The translations under genes were made by a program, and so were the position numbers. Below the pieces are notes generated by a model. That model searched no databases. It was not told the DNA's origin and saw nothing but the letters and a program-made list of their open reading frames with translations. Shown piece by piece: positions 9,475 to 18,099 of a stretch of 64,000 nt of DNA. The stretch comes from Gemmatimonas sp. (lineage in GTDB: Bacteria; Gemmatimonadota; Gemmatimonadetes; Gemmatimonadales; Gemmatimonadaceae): assembly GCA_965279375.1 (NCBI GenBank), contig OZ257156.1:462383-526382 (forward strand), in the 5' to 3' direction. Position 1 is the stretch's first letter, and each line of letters begins with the position of its first letter.

Positions 9475-9560
9475 CCGTTCACGTTACCGCGCGTACAGAA
9501 CCGATGCCAGCAGAGCGCAATGGAGCTTGCCGATCTGGAGTGGAGGCGGCATCGTCCCGC

Positions 9561-10493
9561 ATGCCATCACGAATCGTCATCGGTGCCAATGCGCACGCCG
9601 AGATCGCCGCGGCGCTGCGGCTGATCCGCCCTTCCCTCGAAATCCGAGGGAGCAAGTTCATGGACGTGTCCGCGGAGGATCTCGACTGGGCCGAGGTCTA
9701 CATCGGATTCAAGCGTCCCCCGCTGCCGACGATGGGCAACGTACGCTGGGTGCACTGCACCGGCGCGGGCGTGGATTCGTGGTTCTCGCCGACGGAGCTA
9801 TCGCGCGACATCCTGCTCACGCGCAGTGCGGAGTTGTTTGGTGGCCAGATCGCGGAGTGGGCCCTCTCGCGCGCGTTGGCGATCACGCAGCAGCTCCTGG
9901 AGGTCGCAGACAGCCAACGGCGCCGCGTATGGGAGCAGCGCGACATCGCGATGCTTCGCGGCACCAAGGCGCTGATCGTGGGCACGGGTGACATCGGCAC
10001 GCAGATCGGCCGGGTCTTCCGCATGATGGGCTGCGAAGTATCAGGCGTGTCACGCAGCGGTTATGGCGACGCGACGGTGTTCTCGCGCGTCTCACCGGCC
10101 ACGGAGCTGCCGAATCTCGTAGGCGACGCCGACTGGCTGATCGTCACGCTACCGCTCACGCGCGAAACGAAGCACCTGATCAACGAAGACGTGCTCTCGC
10201 GCTGCCGTGGTGCGGTGCTGATGAATTCGGGGCGTGGTGCGGTGGTGGACGAGTCGGTGCTGCCGCTTGCACTCGAGCAGGGCTGGCTACGTGCGATGGC
10301 ACTGGACGTCTTCGAGACGGAGCCGCTGCCTGCTGAGTCGCCGTTGTGGGATGATCCACGCGTACTCATCTCGCCACACATCTCGGGGCTCACCACCACG
10401 GCCGGCGTGGTCGAAGGTTTCTTCGAGTGCCTGCACGATGTCGAACGGGGCGTGGCGCCCAAGTGGGTTGTCGACCGGGAGAAACAGTACTGA
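9561..10493 (+). CDS. D-isomer-specific 2-hydroxyacid dehydrogenase family, NAD-binding
   Basis: The ATG at 9561 (MPSRIVIG...) avoids overlap with the divergent gene. Rossmann motif IVGTGDIGTQIGR. Catalytic-triad context NSGRGAVVDE ... DVFETEPL ... SPHISG. Confidence 0.8.
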   Translation: MPSRIVIGANAHAEIAAALRLIRPSLEIRGSKFMDVSAEDLDWAEVYIGFKRPPLPTMGNVRWVHCTGAGVDSWFSPTELSRDILLTRSAELFGGQIAEWALSRALAITQQLLEVADSQRRRVWEQRDIAMLRGTKALIVGTGDIGTQIGRVFRMMGCEVSGVSRSGYGDATVFSRVSPATELPNLVGDADWLIVTLPLTRETKHLINEDVLSRCRGAVLMNSGRGAVVDESVLPLALEQGWLRAMALDVFETEPLPAESPLWDDPRVLISPHISGLTTTAGVVEGFFECLHDVERGVAPKWVVDREKQY

Positions 10494-10496
10494 CCT

Positions 10497-11735
10497 ATGC
10501 GCACTCTTCCTAACCAACGGCGTCCACTGAGGACGATCCTCCGGCTGCTCGCGCCGCTCGCGTTGACCGGCGCGACGCTGCATGCGCAGGGCAAGCCGCG
10601 CGAGCACGATCTCAAGCTTCCCATCGGCGGCACACCGGGACGCAACAACGCCATCACCGATGTCGCTGGTGTCGAAGTCGGTCACACCACGCTGATCTCC
10701 GGCAGTGGCCCGCTCGTGCAGGGCACTGGTCCGATACGCACCGGCGTCACCATCGTGCACCCGCGCGGCAAGAACAATCCCGATCCGGTGTTCGGCTCGT
10801 GGTTTGCCCTCAACGGCAACGGCGAGATGACCGGCACCACGTGGTTAACCGAGAGTGGCTTTCTCGAAGGACCGATCGGCATCACCAACACGCACAGCGT
10901 GGGCGTGGTGCGCGACGCGATCATCCAGTGGGAAGTTTCGCGCAAGACGGTATTGCAGCCGTGGTGGTTGCCGGTGGTCGCCGAGACGTACGATGGTGGC
11001 CTCAACGACATCAACGGCTTTCATGTGAAGCCGTCGCACGTGTTTGCGGCACTCGACAGCGCCAGCAGCGGCCCGGTGCGCGAAGGCGTGGTGGGCGGCG
11101 GCACGGGTATGGTGTGCCTTGGCTTCAAGGGCGGCATCGGCACCGCGTCGCGCGTGCTGACGGCTGCAGAAGGTGGCTACACCGTGGGCGTGCTGGTGCA
11201 GTGCAACTTCGGCTTGCGCCGCGACCTCCGCATCGCTGGCGTACCGGTGGGGGAAGAGATCACCGATCTCACGGCGTGCATCGCTGGCAGTGGACCGGTG
11301 TCCGCCGGTCGGCGACGTTGCGATGCGCCGACACCGCCGGGCAGCACCGACGAACCCGAACAGGGCTCCATCATTGTGGTGGTGGCGACGGACGCACCAC
11401 TGCTGCCGCATCAGCTCAAGCGCGTGGCCACGCGCGTGGCGCTGGGCATCGGGCGACAGGGTGGATTTGGCGGCAACGGCTCGGGCGACATCTTCGTCGC
11501 CTTCTCCACCGCCAATCCCAAGACGTGGGCCGCTTCGGGCACAGCGCCGCTGCAGATGAGCAGCAACGATCGTCTCTCGGCGATCTTCAAGGCCACCGCG
11601 CAGGCGACGGAAGCAGCGATCACGAATGCGCTGCTCGCTGCCGAAACCACCACCGGCGTGAATGACTTTCGCGTCTACGCGATGCCGGTGGACCGCATGC
11701 TGCAGGCGATGAAGAAGTACGGCCGTATGCCCTAG
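10497..11735 (+). CDS. P1-family (S58, DmpA-like) self-processing aminopeptidase, secreted (second paralog)
   Basis: Signal peptide ending ...LHAQG. NNAITDVAGVEVGHTTL, GVTIVHP, NGNGEMTGT, and QGSIIVVVATDAPLLPHQLKR (Gly-Ser autoprocessing site context). The start lies 3 nt after the stop of the dehydrogenase gene. Confidence 0.85.
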   Translation: MRTLPNQRRPLRTILRLLAPLALTGATLHAQGKPREHDLKLPIGGTPGRNNAITDVAGVEVGHTTLISGSGPLVQGTGPIRTGVTIVHPRGKNNPDPVFGSWFALNGNGEMTGTTWLTESGFLEGPIGITNTHSVGVVRDAIIQWEVSRKTVLQPWWLPVVAETYDGGLNDINGFHVKPSHVFAALDSASSGPVREGVVGGGTGMVCLGFKGGIGTASRVLTAAEGGYTVGVLVQCNFGLRRDLRIAGVPVGEEITDLTACIAGSGPVSAGRRRCDAPTPPGSTDEPEQGSIIVVVATDAPLLPHQLKRVATRVALGIGRQGGFGGNGSGDIFVAFSTANPKTWAASGTAPLQMSSNDRLSAIFKATAQATEAAITNALLAAETTTGVNDFRVYAMPVDRMLQAMKKYGRMP

Positions 11736-11736
11736 C

Positions 11737-13224
11737 TCAGCGGCACCGCATCAGATCGACATCGGCCGTCGCGCCACGCTTGACCATCACGTTCACCGAG
11801 CGACTCGCGCCGCCCAGCGTGCACGTGACCTTCCACGACTCGGGCAGCCAATCCTGCGCGTGCTGGCTGGGGCGCACCGACGGATTCACGTGCCAGGCGA
11901 GCTGCGTCTTACCCTTTGGCATCGTGACTGACGACGTCAGCGCCATCGGGAACGTCAGCGGCGCGCCCTTGGTGCTGTCCGCGTTGATGACCGGCGACGT
12001 TTCCATCGTGAAGTTCTTCGCGATCGTGAGCTTGGCGCCGGACGGCGCGCGCACATTGAGCACCGAATGCAAGGCCGGGTTGGCCGCCGCGCCCAGCAAA
12101 CGTAGAAAGCCCGCGCGCGCGCTCGATCCCGGATACGCGCCCGTGCCGTGGTACTGATCGATCACGAATGAGTACGCCGGATGAAACGACCGCTGTCCCG
12201 GCGCATTCTCGAAGGTGAAGGCGAAGGTGCCGGACGTGTAGTAGGCGGTCTCTTCGAGTGTTCCGCTGGCGACGTAGTAAATCTTGGGCCACGGACCGGC
12301 GGGCCACTTGAGATCGCCGCCGAGTGCCTGCGCGAGTGAGTCGTAGGGAACGACGTCGGCAGGGATGGGTTCTTCGGCCGCGCTGGGCACGCGCAGCACC
12401 TTCGCATCCGGCGTGTGGTTGCTGAGCGCAACCACGACCTGATTGGAAGTGAGCAGATCGCGCATGCTCTGAATCTCCGGCTCGGAGAATGGGCCTTCAC
12501 CGCGCGAGCTGCCGCCCGATACACCGATCGTCGCACCGCCGCCGCCCCAGAAGGCGCCGTAGTTGCGATTGAGGTCCACACCAGCGTTCACGTTGGAGGG
12601 CGCCGCGCACTCGGACCACGTGGGCACTTTGCCCATCGCGATGCGGCAGCTCTTTCGCTTCTGCTCGTTGATGAGCGTGCGCGACATGTCGTAGCCGTCC
12701 GGATTGACCACCGGCACCACGATGAAACGCACGCTGTCCAGCAGCGACGTGATGCGCGCGTCCGTACCATCGTTCTTGAGCACATCCCACACGAACTCCA
12801 TCGTCAGCTCGACGGTGGGCCATTCGCGTGCGTGATGCAGTCCCGTCATGAGAAAGACCGGCTTCCCCGAACTCGCGTTCACGTCGTGCGAGATCTCGAG
12901 CCCCCACATCCGCTGCCCCAACAGCGAGCGATGCGAGAGTTCGAAGCGTTTGACGGTTGCCGGATAGAGCGAGGCGATCCTTTCGAGTTCGTTGTACGTC
13001 TCGCTGAGCGTTCGATAGGTCACCCGCCCGGTCGGAAGGGCGGACGGATACGGAATCGGCGCGGCAGCGGGCGCGGGCGGTGCGCCCTGCGCGTGAAGTG
13101 CGAGCGACGGCGCAGCGACCGCCGCAAAGACGCCAGCAACGACGGCAGAGGCGACGCGCGAAAGAACGGACCGCCGCATCGGCGGAGAATCGGAGGCGAG
13201 CAAGGAGATGGGAGACATGCGCAT
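11737..13224 (-). CDS. M14-family zinc carboxypeptidase, secreted
   Basis: GKPVFLMTGLHHAREWPTVE (HxxE zinc ligands), VVPVVNPDGY, and GVDLNRNYG are classic M14 motifs. The start is uncertain: ATG at 13224 (MRMSP...) or 13179 (MRRSVLSRVASAVVAG...). The track's 13365 start would read through a non-3n tandem repeat, so I reject it. Confidence 0.8.
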   Translation of the reverse strand: MRMSPISLLASDSPPMRRSVLSRVASAVVAGVFAAVAAPSLALHAQGAPPAPAAAPIPYPSALPTGRVTYRTLSETYNELERIASLYPATVKRFELSHRSLLGQRMWGLEISHDVNASSGKPVFLMTGLHHAREWPTVELTMEFVWDVLKNDGTDARITSLLDSVRFIVVPVVNPDGYDMSRTLINEQKRKSCRIAMGKVPTWSECAAPSNVNAGVDLNRNYGAFWGGGGATIGVSGGSSRGEGPFSEPEIQSMRDLLTSNQVVVALSNHTPDAKVLRVPSAAEEPIPADVVPYDSLAQALGGDLKWPAGPWPKIYYVASGTLEETAYYTSGTFAFTFENAPGQRSFHPAYSFVIDQYHGTGAYPGSSARAGFLRLLGAAANPALHSVLNVRAPSGAKLTIAKNFTMETSPVINADSTKGAPLTFPMALTSSVTMPKGKTQLAWHVNPSVRPSQHAQDWLPESWKVTCTLGGASRSVNVMVKRGATADVDLMRCR

Positions 13225-13262
13225 ACAATAACGCCTCCCTCTGTCGGGTGCGTGGCGACCAT

Positions 13263-13295
13263 CGCATACTCGTCGCATACTCGTCGCATACTCTT
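13263..13295. repeat. Three tandem 11-bp direct repeats (cgcatactcgt, cgcatactcgt, cgcatactctt) in a divergent intergenic region
   Basis: Read directly from the sequence. It lies between the M14 carboxypeptidase start (13224 or lower, minus strand) and the S9 peptidase start (13345, plus strand). Confidence 0.9.
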
Positions 13296-13344
13296 CGCGG
13301 CTGATCGGCCGAACCTCATTCCTGTCATCCCAGGGCACTTTCTC

Positions 13345-14583
13345 ATGACGATTTCCCACCGCCACGGCGCACTTGCCGCAACGGCGCTATCACTGGCACT
13401 GGTCAGTGCCTGCGCGACCGCCCGGACGTCGGCCACGGGGGAAACGGTGCCCCAGCAAGCGGCGCCAACCACCGCTCCTGCGCCGACCGCGCCTGCATCG
13501 GCCGGACGGCCGGCCGCGGCGACCACCGTGCGCGCCACCGGCGCGGCGCGCGGCTTTCAGGGCGAGATGGACAGCGTGCGTGCTCGGCAGCTCTACGTGA
13601 GCAACGATCCCAAGGACCTGCCCCGCTCCAATTTCGCTGCGGCGATCGTCGCCAAGGCCAAGACTGACAGCATCTATGCCGCCCGCTTCAAGGGGCTCGT
13701 GGACTTTCAGAAGATCACGTACAAGAGCACGGCCGATGGACAGATGGTGCCGGCATATCTCTTTGCGCCGCTCAACAAGCGCGGTGCGCGCGGCCATGCC
13801 GCGATGATCTGGGTGCACGGTGGCGTGCATGGCAACTGGGGCGAGAACATGCTGCCCTTCGTGAAGGAAGCGGTGGATCGCGGCTACGTCGTCATCACGC
13901 CCGACTATCGCGGCAGCACGGGCCACGGCGAAGCGTGGCACATGGCCATCGACTACGGCGGCTATGAGGTGGACGACGCTATGTCGGCGTTCGAGTACAT
14001 GAAGACGCTGTCGTACGTGGACACCGCGCGTGTCGGCATGATGGGGTGGAGCCACGGTGGATTCATCGCGACGCTCAACGCGACCAAGCCGGGCAATCCG
14101 CTCAAGGCCGCTGCGGCCATCGTGCCCGTCACCAACCTGATTTTCCGTCTGTCGTACAAGGGCCCGAGCTATCAGCGCGACTACGCCGCCGAACCGCGCG
14201 TTCGCGGGCTCCCATTCGAGAAGCCCGATGAGTACGTGAAGCGCTCACCGTTGTATCACATCGAGAATCTGAACATCCCGCTGCTCGTCCACGTCGCGAC
14301 CAACGACCAGGACGTGAACTACGTGGAAGATCAGCAGATGGTCTGGAAGCTGCGCGCGCTCAAGCCCGACCTGTCGGAAACGAAGATCTATGTGGATCCG
14401 GCTCCTTGGGGCAGCTCTGTCGGCCACGCCTTCAGCCGTCGCGTCGATCCCGTCACGCTGGCTCGCGTGGACTCTCCCGCGCAGATCGACTCATGGAATC
14501 GCACATGGACCTTCTTCGAGTGGAACCTGCGTCCGTACGAGGATCGGTCGAAGCCGGCGCCACCGGTTCGGACGCAGCCCTGA
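13345..14583 (+). CDS. S9-family serine peptidase / alpha-beta hydrolase (prolyl-oligopeptidase catalytic domain), lipoprotein
   Basis: The ATG at 13345 gives MTISHRHGALAATALSLALVSAC (lipobox). Nucleophile elbow GMMGWSHGGF; Asp context VATNDQDV; His context SVGHAF. The 310 codons upstream in the track ORF (12415-) are antisense to the M14 gene. Confidence 0.85.
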   Translation: MTISHRHGALAATALSLALVSACATARTSATGETVPQQAAPTTAPAPTAPASAGRPAAATTVRATGAARGFQGEMDSVRARQLYVSNDPKDLPRSNFAAAIVAKAKTDSIYAARFKGLVDFQKITYKSTADGQMVPAYLFAPLNKRGARGHAAMIWVHGGVHGNWGENMLPFVKEAVDRGYVVITPDYRGSTGHGEAWHMAIDYGGYEVDDAMSAFEYMKTLSYVDTARVGMMGWSHGGFIATLNATKPGNPLKAAAAIVPVTNLIFRLSYKGPSYQRDYAAEPRVRGLPFEKPDEYVKRSPLYHIENLNIPLLVHVATNDQDVNYVEDQQMVWKLRALKPDLSETKIYVDPAPWGSSVGHAFSRRVDPVTLARVDSPAQIDSWNRTWTFFEWNLRPYEDRSKPAPPVRTQP

Positions 14584-14602
14584 TATCGCCATTTTCGAGC
14601 GT

Positions 14603-14630
14603 TGTCGATTTCGGGGGTCGCCGTTCGTTC
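14603..14630 (+). promoter_or_regulatory. Candidate ECF42-type promoter (TGTCGA -35 element) upstream of the DGPF gene
   Basis: TGTCGA at 14603-14608, about 80 nt upstream of the DGPF start. A CGTTC lies 17-18 nt downstream (14626-14630). As I recall, ECF42 sigma factors recognise TGTCGA (-35) with a CG(A/T)C -10 upstream of DGPF genes. The -10 match here is imperfect. Confidence 0.35.
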
Positions 14631-14686
14631 TGTTCATGGCTGCACTCATGCCGACGGCAGTCACTTCCCGAACCGGAGTATTTCGG

Positions 14687-15037
14687 ATGGCGCTCTACCT
14701 CCTGAACATCATTCAGCCCGACGGCCCACCACCGCCGCCAGAACAACTTGGCCCGATCATGGCGGACGTCGGTGCCATGCTGGCCGAAACCAAGGCAGCG
14801 AACGCGTGGGTTTTCAATGGCGGACTCACGCCGCCGAGTACGTCGACGGTCGTCCGCGTGACAAACGGCGAGACCGTCGTCACCGATGGGCCGTACATCG
14901 AGGGAAAGGAGTGCATTGGCGGCTTCATCATCGTGCGTGCTCCGGATCTTGATGCCGCGCTCGAATGGGGTACGAAGCTGGGGCGCGCGACCACGCTGCC
15001 GATCGAGGTTCGCGCGTTCGCGCACGCGAGCGAGTAG
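14687..15037 (+). CDS. YCII-related / DGPF-domain protein
   Basis: The ATG at 14687 gives [13 protein letters not shown]... (116 aa). Signature [18 protein letters not shown] (DGPF-type motif). It lies 5 nt upstream of an ECF sigma gene. Confidence 0.85.
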   Translation: MALYLLNIIQPDGPPPPPEQLGPIMADVGAMLAETKAANAWVFNGGLTPPSTSTVVRVTNGETVVTDGPYIEGKECIGGFIIVRAPDLDAALEWGTKLGRATTLPIEVRAFAHASE

Positions 15038-15042
15038 CTGCC

Positions 15043-16281
15043 ATGTCCGCCGACGCTCGATCAGAGATCGAACGGGTCTTTCGTGAGGCCTACGGTCGCG
15101 CGATTGCCGTGCTCTTTCGAGCGTTCGGCGACATCGATGTCGCGGAAGATGTCGTTGCCGATGCCTTCGTCGTCGCACTCGAGCGGTGGCCATCCGACGG
15201 CATACCGCCAAGTCCGGTCGGGTGGATCGTGACCACGGCCCGCCGACGGGCGATCGATCGCCTGCGACGGGAATCGACCCGCGACGAACGCCACGCGGTG
15301 TTCATGGAGTCGGTGCACGACTCCACCGGCGACACACTCGACGAGGCGCTGCCGGACGAACGCTTGCGCCTGATGTTCATGTGTTGCCATCCATCGCTCG
15401 CCGTGCCCTCGCAGATCGCGCTCAGCTTGCGACTGCTTGGCGGACTCTCCACTGGTGAGATTGCGCGCGCCTTTCTCGTCCCCGAGGCGACGATGGCACA
15501 GCGGCTCGTGCGCGCGAAGGGGAAGATTCGCGACGCGCGGATTCCATTTCGTGTGCCGGCAGCGCACGAACTGCCGTCGCGCATGCGTGCCGTCCTCCAC
15601 GTGATCTACCTGATCTTCAACGAAGGGTACGTGGCCAGCTCGGGCGCGCTGTTGCAACGCGACGAGCTGACCGACGAAGCGATTCGGCTCGCACGCATGG
15701 CCAACGCGCTGCTGCCTGACGACCACGAGGCGCGTGGCCTGCTCGCACTCATGCTGCTGATCCATGCGCGCCGGTCCACACGTACCACGGCAGACGGCAC
15801 ACTCGTCGCCTTGGCAGAGCAGACGCGGGAGTTGTGGGATCGCACACTCATCACCGAGGGACACGCCTTGGTGCGCGCATGTCTGCGTGCGAATCAACCG
15901 GGTCCGTACCAACTGCAGGCCGCCATTCAGGCGGTGCACTGCGACGCGACACGCGCCGTGGATACCGACTGGCGCCAAATTCTCGCGTTGTACGATCAAC
16001 TCGTGGCGCTGACACCCGACCCGGTGGTGTCGGTCAACCGCGCGGTCGCGCTCGCGGAGGCGCATGGCGCCGATGCGGCGCTCGCGTCCCTCGACGCACA
16101 ACCACTCCCGGGCTACTACGTCTATCACGCGGTCCGAGCCGACCTGCTGCTTCGGCTCGGCCGCGACGGGGATGCCCGCACCGCGTACGGTCAGGCCGCG
16201 GCGCTCACGGAGAATCTCGTGGAACGCCAGCACCTGCTGTCGCGGCAGGCCCAGACGCTGCTGACGCAACGCAGCGGCTGA
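15043..16281 (+). CDS. ECF-type RNA polymerase sigma factor with a long C-terminal TPR-like extension (ECF42-like)
   Basis: ATG at 15043. The sigma-70 region 2 ([17 protein letters not shown]...[20 protein letters not shown]) and region 4 ([35 protein letters not shown]) are followed by about 230 extra helical residues. No anti-sigma gene is adjacent. Confidence 0.85.
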   Translation: MSADARSEIERVFREAYGRAIAVLFRAFGDIDVAEDVVADAFVVALERWPSDGIPPSPVGWIVTTARRRAIDRLRRESTRDERHAVFMESVHDSTGDTLDEALPDERLRLMFMCCHPSLAVPSQIALSLRLLGGLSTGEIARAFLVPEATMAQRLVRAKGKIRDARIPFRVPAAHELPSRMRAVLHVIYLIFNEGYVASSGALLQRDELTDEAIRLARMANALLPDDHEARGLLALMLLIHARRSTRTTADGTLVALAEQTRELWDRTLITEGHALVRACLRANQPGPYQLQAAIQAVHCDATRAVDTDWRQILALYDQLVALTPDPVVSVNRAVALAEAHGADAALASLDAQPLPGYYVYHAVRADLLLRLGRDGDARTAYGQAAALTENLVERQHLLSRQAQTLLTQRSG

Positions 16282-16302
16282 GCCCACCTCGACGTCAGGC
16301 GA

Positions 16303-17994
16303 TCAGGGCTGCACCCGCTTCTTTCGCTGATCGTCGCCCATCTTCTCGATGTCAGCGAGCAGCTTCTTGGCGTCGTAGACGATGCCGTCCTTGATCGTCC
16401 ACTTGATGCCGCCGTAGTTCTCGACCTTGCCCGTGGCGTCGTTCAAGCGGAACCAGCCGGTGCCGTACAGCACCTTGAGGTTGGCAACGGGATTCGCGTC
16501 GACCACCACGAGATCGGCGAGCATTCCCGGCTCCACCACGCCGTACTCGATGTGCTTCTTGAGTGGCTTGAAGATCGTTTCAGCGGCGTGCAGCGTTCCC
16601 GCGCGAATCGCCTCGGTGGGCGTGAAGCCTGCCTCCTGCAACAGCTCCAGCTCTTCGATGGTGGAGAAGCCGGGCGTGTTGTAGATGAAACCCGCGTCCG
16701 AGCTCGCTGTCACTCGACCACCCATGTTCTTGTACTCGTTGACGAACTCCATCCAGACGCGATAGAAGTTGCGCCACTGCACTTCATCGTCCGTGGTCCA
16801 GTTGTAGAAATACGCGCCGTGATTGGTGCGGCTGGGCACGTAGAACTCCATCTGCGTCGGGAGCGTGTACTTGGCGTGCCACGGTTCGTTCATGCGCTTC
16901 ACCACGTCACGACCCGTCAGGTACGTCGTCATCGTCGGATCGAGCGTGACGTCGCGCTCGAGCAGATTCTTGAGGAAGGCATTCCACTTGGCGCTGTGCG
17001 GCTTCACCAGGCTCCACTGGCGAGCAACCTGACCAAAACGCGTCTGCTCATCCTGCAGATTGGCGTCGAGTGGCCACGGCTGCACCTGATTGTTCTCGTA
17101 CATCGACTCGAAGATGCCATAGAAGTGCGTGATGGCTTCCAACCCGAGCTTGGTGGCCATGTCGCCATTCATCTGCGCGACGCCTTGCTGCTGCAGGTGC
17201 GCCGTCGACCCGAGCCCCAACTTCTTCGCCTCATCCAACAGCGCCGCCATGATATCCGGACGCTCGGCGCCGAGCTTCAACCCATCGGCGCCATTGGCCT
17301 TGGCCCAGCGCACCCACTCGCGCGCCGTTTCGGGAGTGCGGGGAATGCCCTTCCCCCAGCCGGTGCCGGGGCGCTGATACACGACGTACCGCGGCGCAGC
17401 GATCTCGTTCTTTGCGCTGCGCTCGCGCTCCTTGATGGAGTAGTCGAAGCTGGCAAAGGGCACGCCGCGCACGGTGGTGATGCCATTGGCCAGCCAGAGC
17501 TTGTTGTAGTACTCGCTGTCGGCCGCCTTCTGCTGCGTGCCCTGATGGACGTGCAAGTCCACGAGGCCGGGCATCATGTACATGCCGTTGGCATCCAGTT
17601 CCTTCACGGCGCCCTTCGGACGCTTCGTCTCGTCGATCTTGACGTTCGGGTAACCGACGCTTGCAATCTGCACGATGCGATTGCCTTCGATCACCACGTC
17701 AACAGGGCCACGCGGCGCGCTGCCGTAGCCGTCGATCAGGTTCACACCGCGCACGATGAGCCGGTTGAACGGCCCTTCGCCTTCCTTGCGCTTGGGCGCC
17801 GGGTTGGGATCCTCGCGCCGCTCCGACTGCAGAAACATGTTGCCGGCCGTGTCGAGACTGGCGGGCTTTGCTTGCGCGGGCGTGGCTGCCGCACGCTGCG
17901 CCGCGAGCGACAGCGGCGTGAAGGCAGCAGCGGCCGCGAGTGCGAGTGTAGGCGCAACACTCGCTGCGGTGAACGAGGGACGACGCAGGACCAT
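16303..17994 (-). CDS. Amidohydrolase-family metallo-hydrolase, secreted
   Basis: Signal peptide ...PLSLAAQ. GMYMMPGLVDLHVHQG (HxH metal site). C-terminal GMLADLVVVDANP typical of the amidohydrolase superfamily. Confidence 0.8.
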   Translation of the reverse strand: MVLRRPSFTAASVAPTLALAAAAAFTPLSLAAQRAAATPAQAKPASLDTAGNMFLQSERREDPNPAPKRKEGEGPFNRLIVRGVNLIDGYGSAPRGPVDVVIEGNRIVQIASVGYPNVKIDETKRPKGAVKELDANGMYMMPGLVDLHVHQGTQQKAADSEYYNKLWLANGITTVRGVPFASFDYSIKERERSAKNEIAAPRYVVYQRPGTGWGKGIPRTPETAREWVRWAKANGADGLKLGAERPDIMAALLDEAKKLGLGSTAHLQQQGVAQMNGDMATKLGLEAITHFYGIFESMYENNQVQPWPLDANLQDEQTRFGQVARQWSLVKPHSAKWNAFLKNLLERDVTLDPTMTTYLTGRDVVKRMNEPWHAKYTLPTQMEFYVPSRTNHGAYFYNWTTDDEVQWRNFYRVWMEFVNEYKNMGGRVTASSDAGFIYNTPGFSTIEELELLQEAGFTPTEAIRAGTLHAAETIFKPLKKHIEYGVVEPGMLADLVVVDANPVANLKVLYGTGWFRLNDATGKVENYGGIKWTIKDGIVYDAKKLLADIEKMGDDQRKKRVQP

Positions 17995-18099
17995 GGCGGT
18001 ATCTCCGGAGATCGGGGCTCGAACATCAAGACGCTCCCCTGAGATACCGCCAACCGGGACGGTCCGCTACTTCGGACTACTTCATGCCAGGTAGTGCTG

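Noticed and set aside
12415-13344. A 310-codon N-terminal extension of the S9 peptidase ORF (track start 12415)
   Set aside because: The extension is antisense to the M14 carboxypeptidase and has no motifs. The internal ATG at 13345 gives a proper lipoprotein signal.
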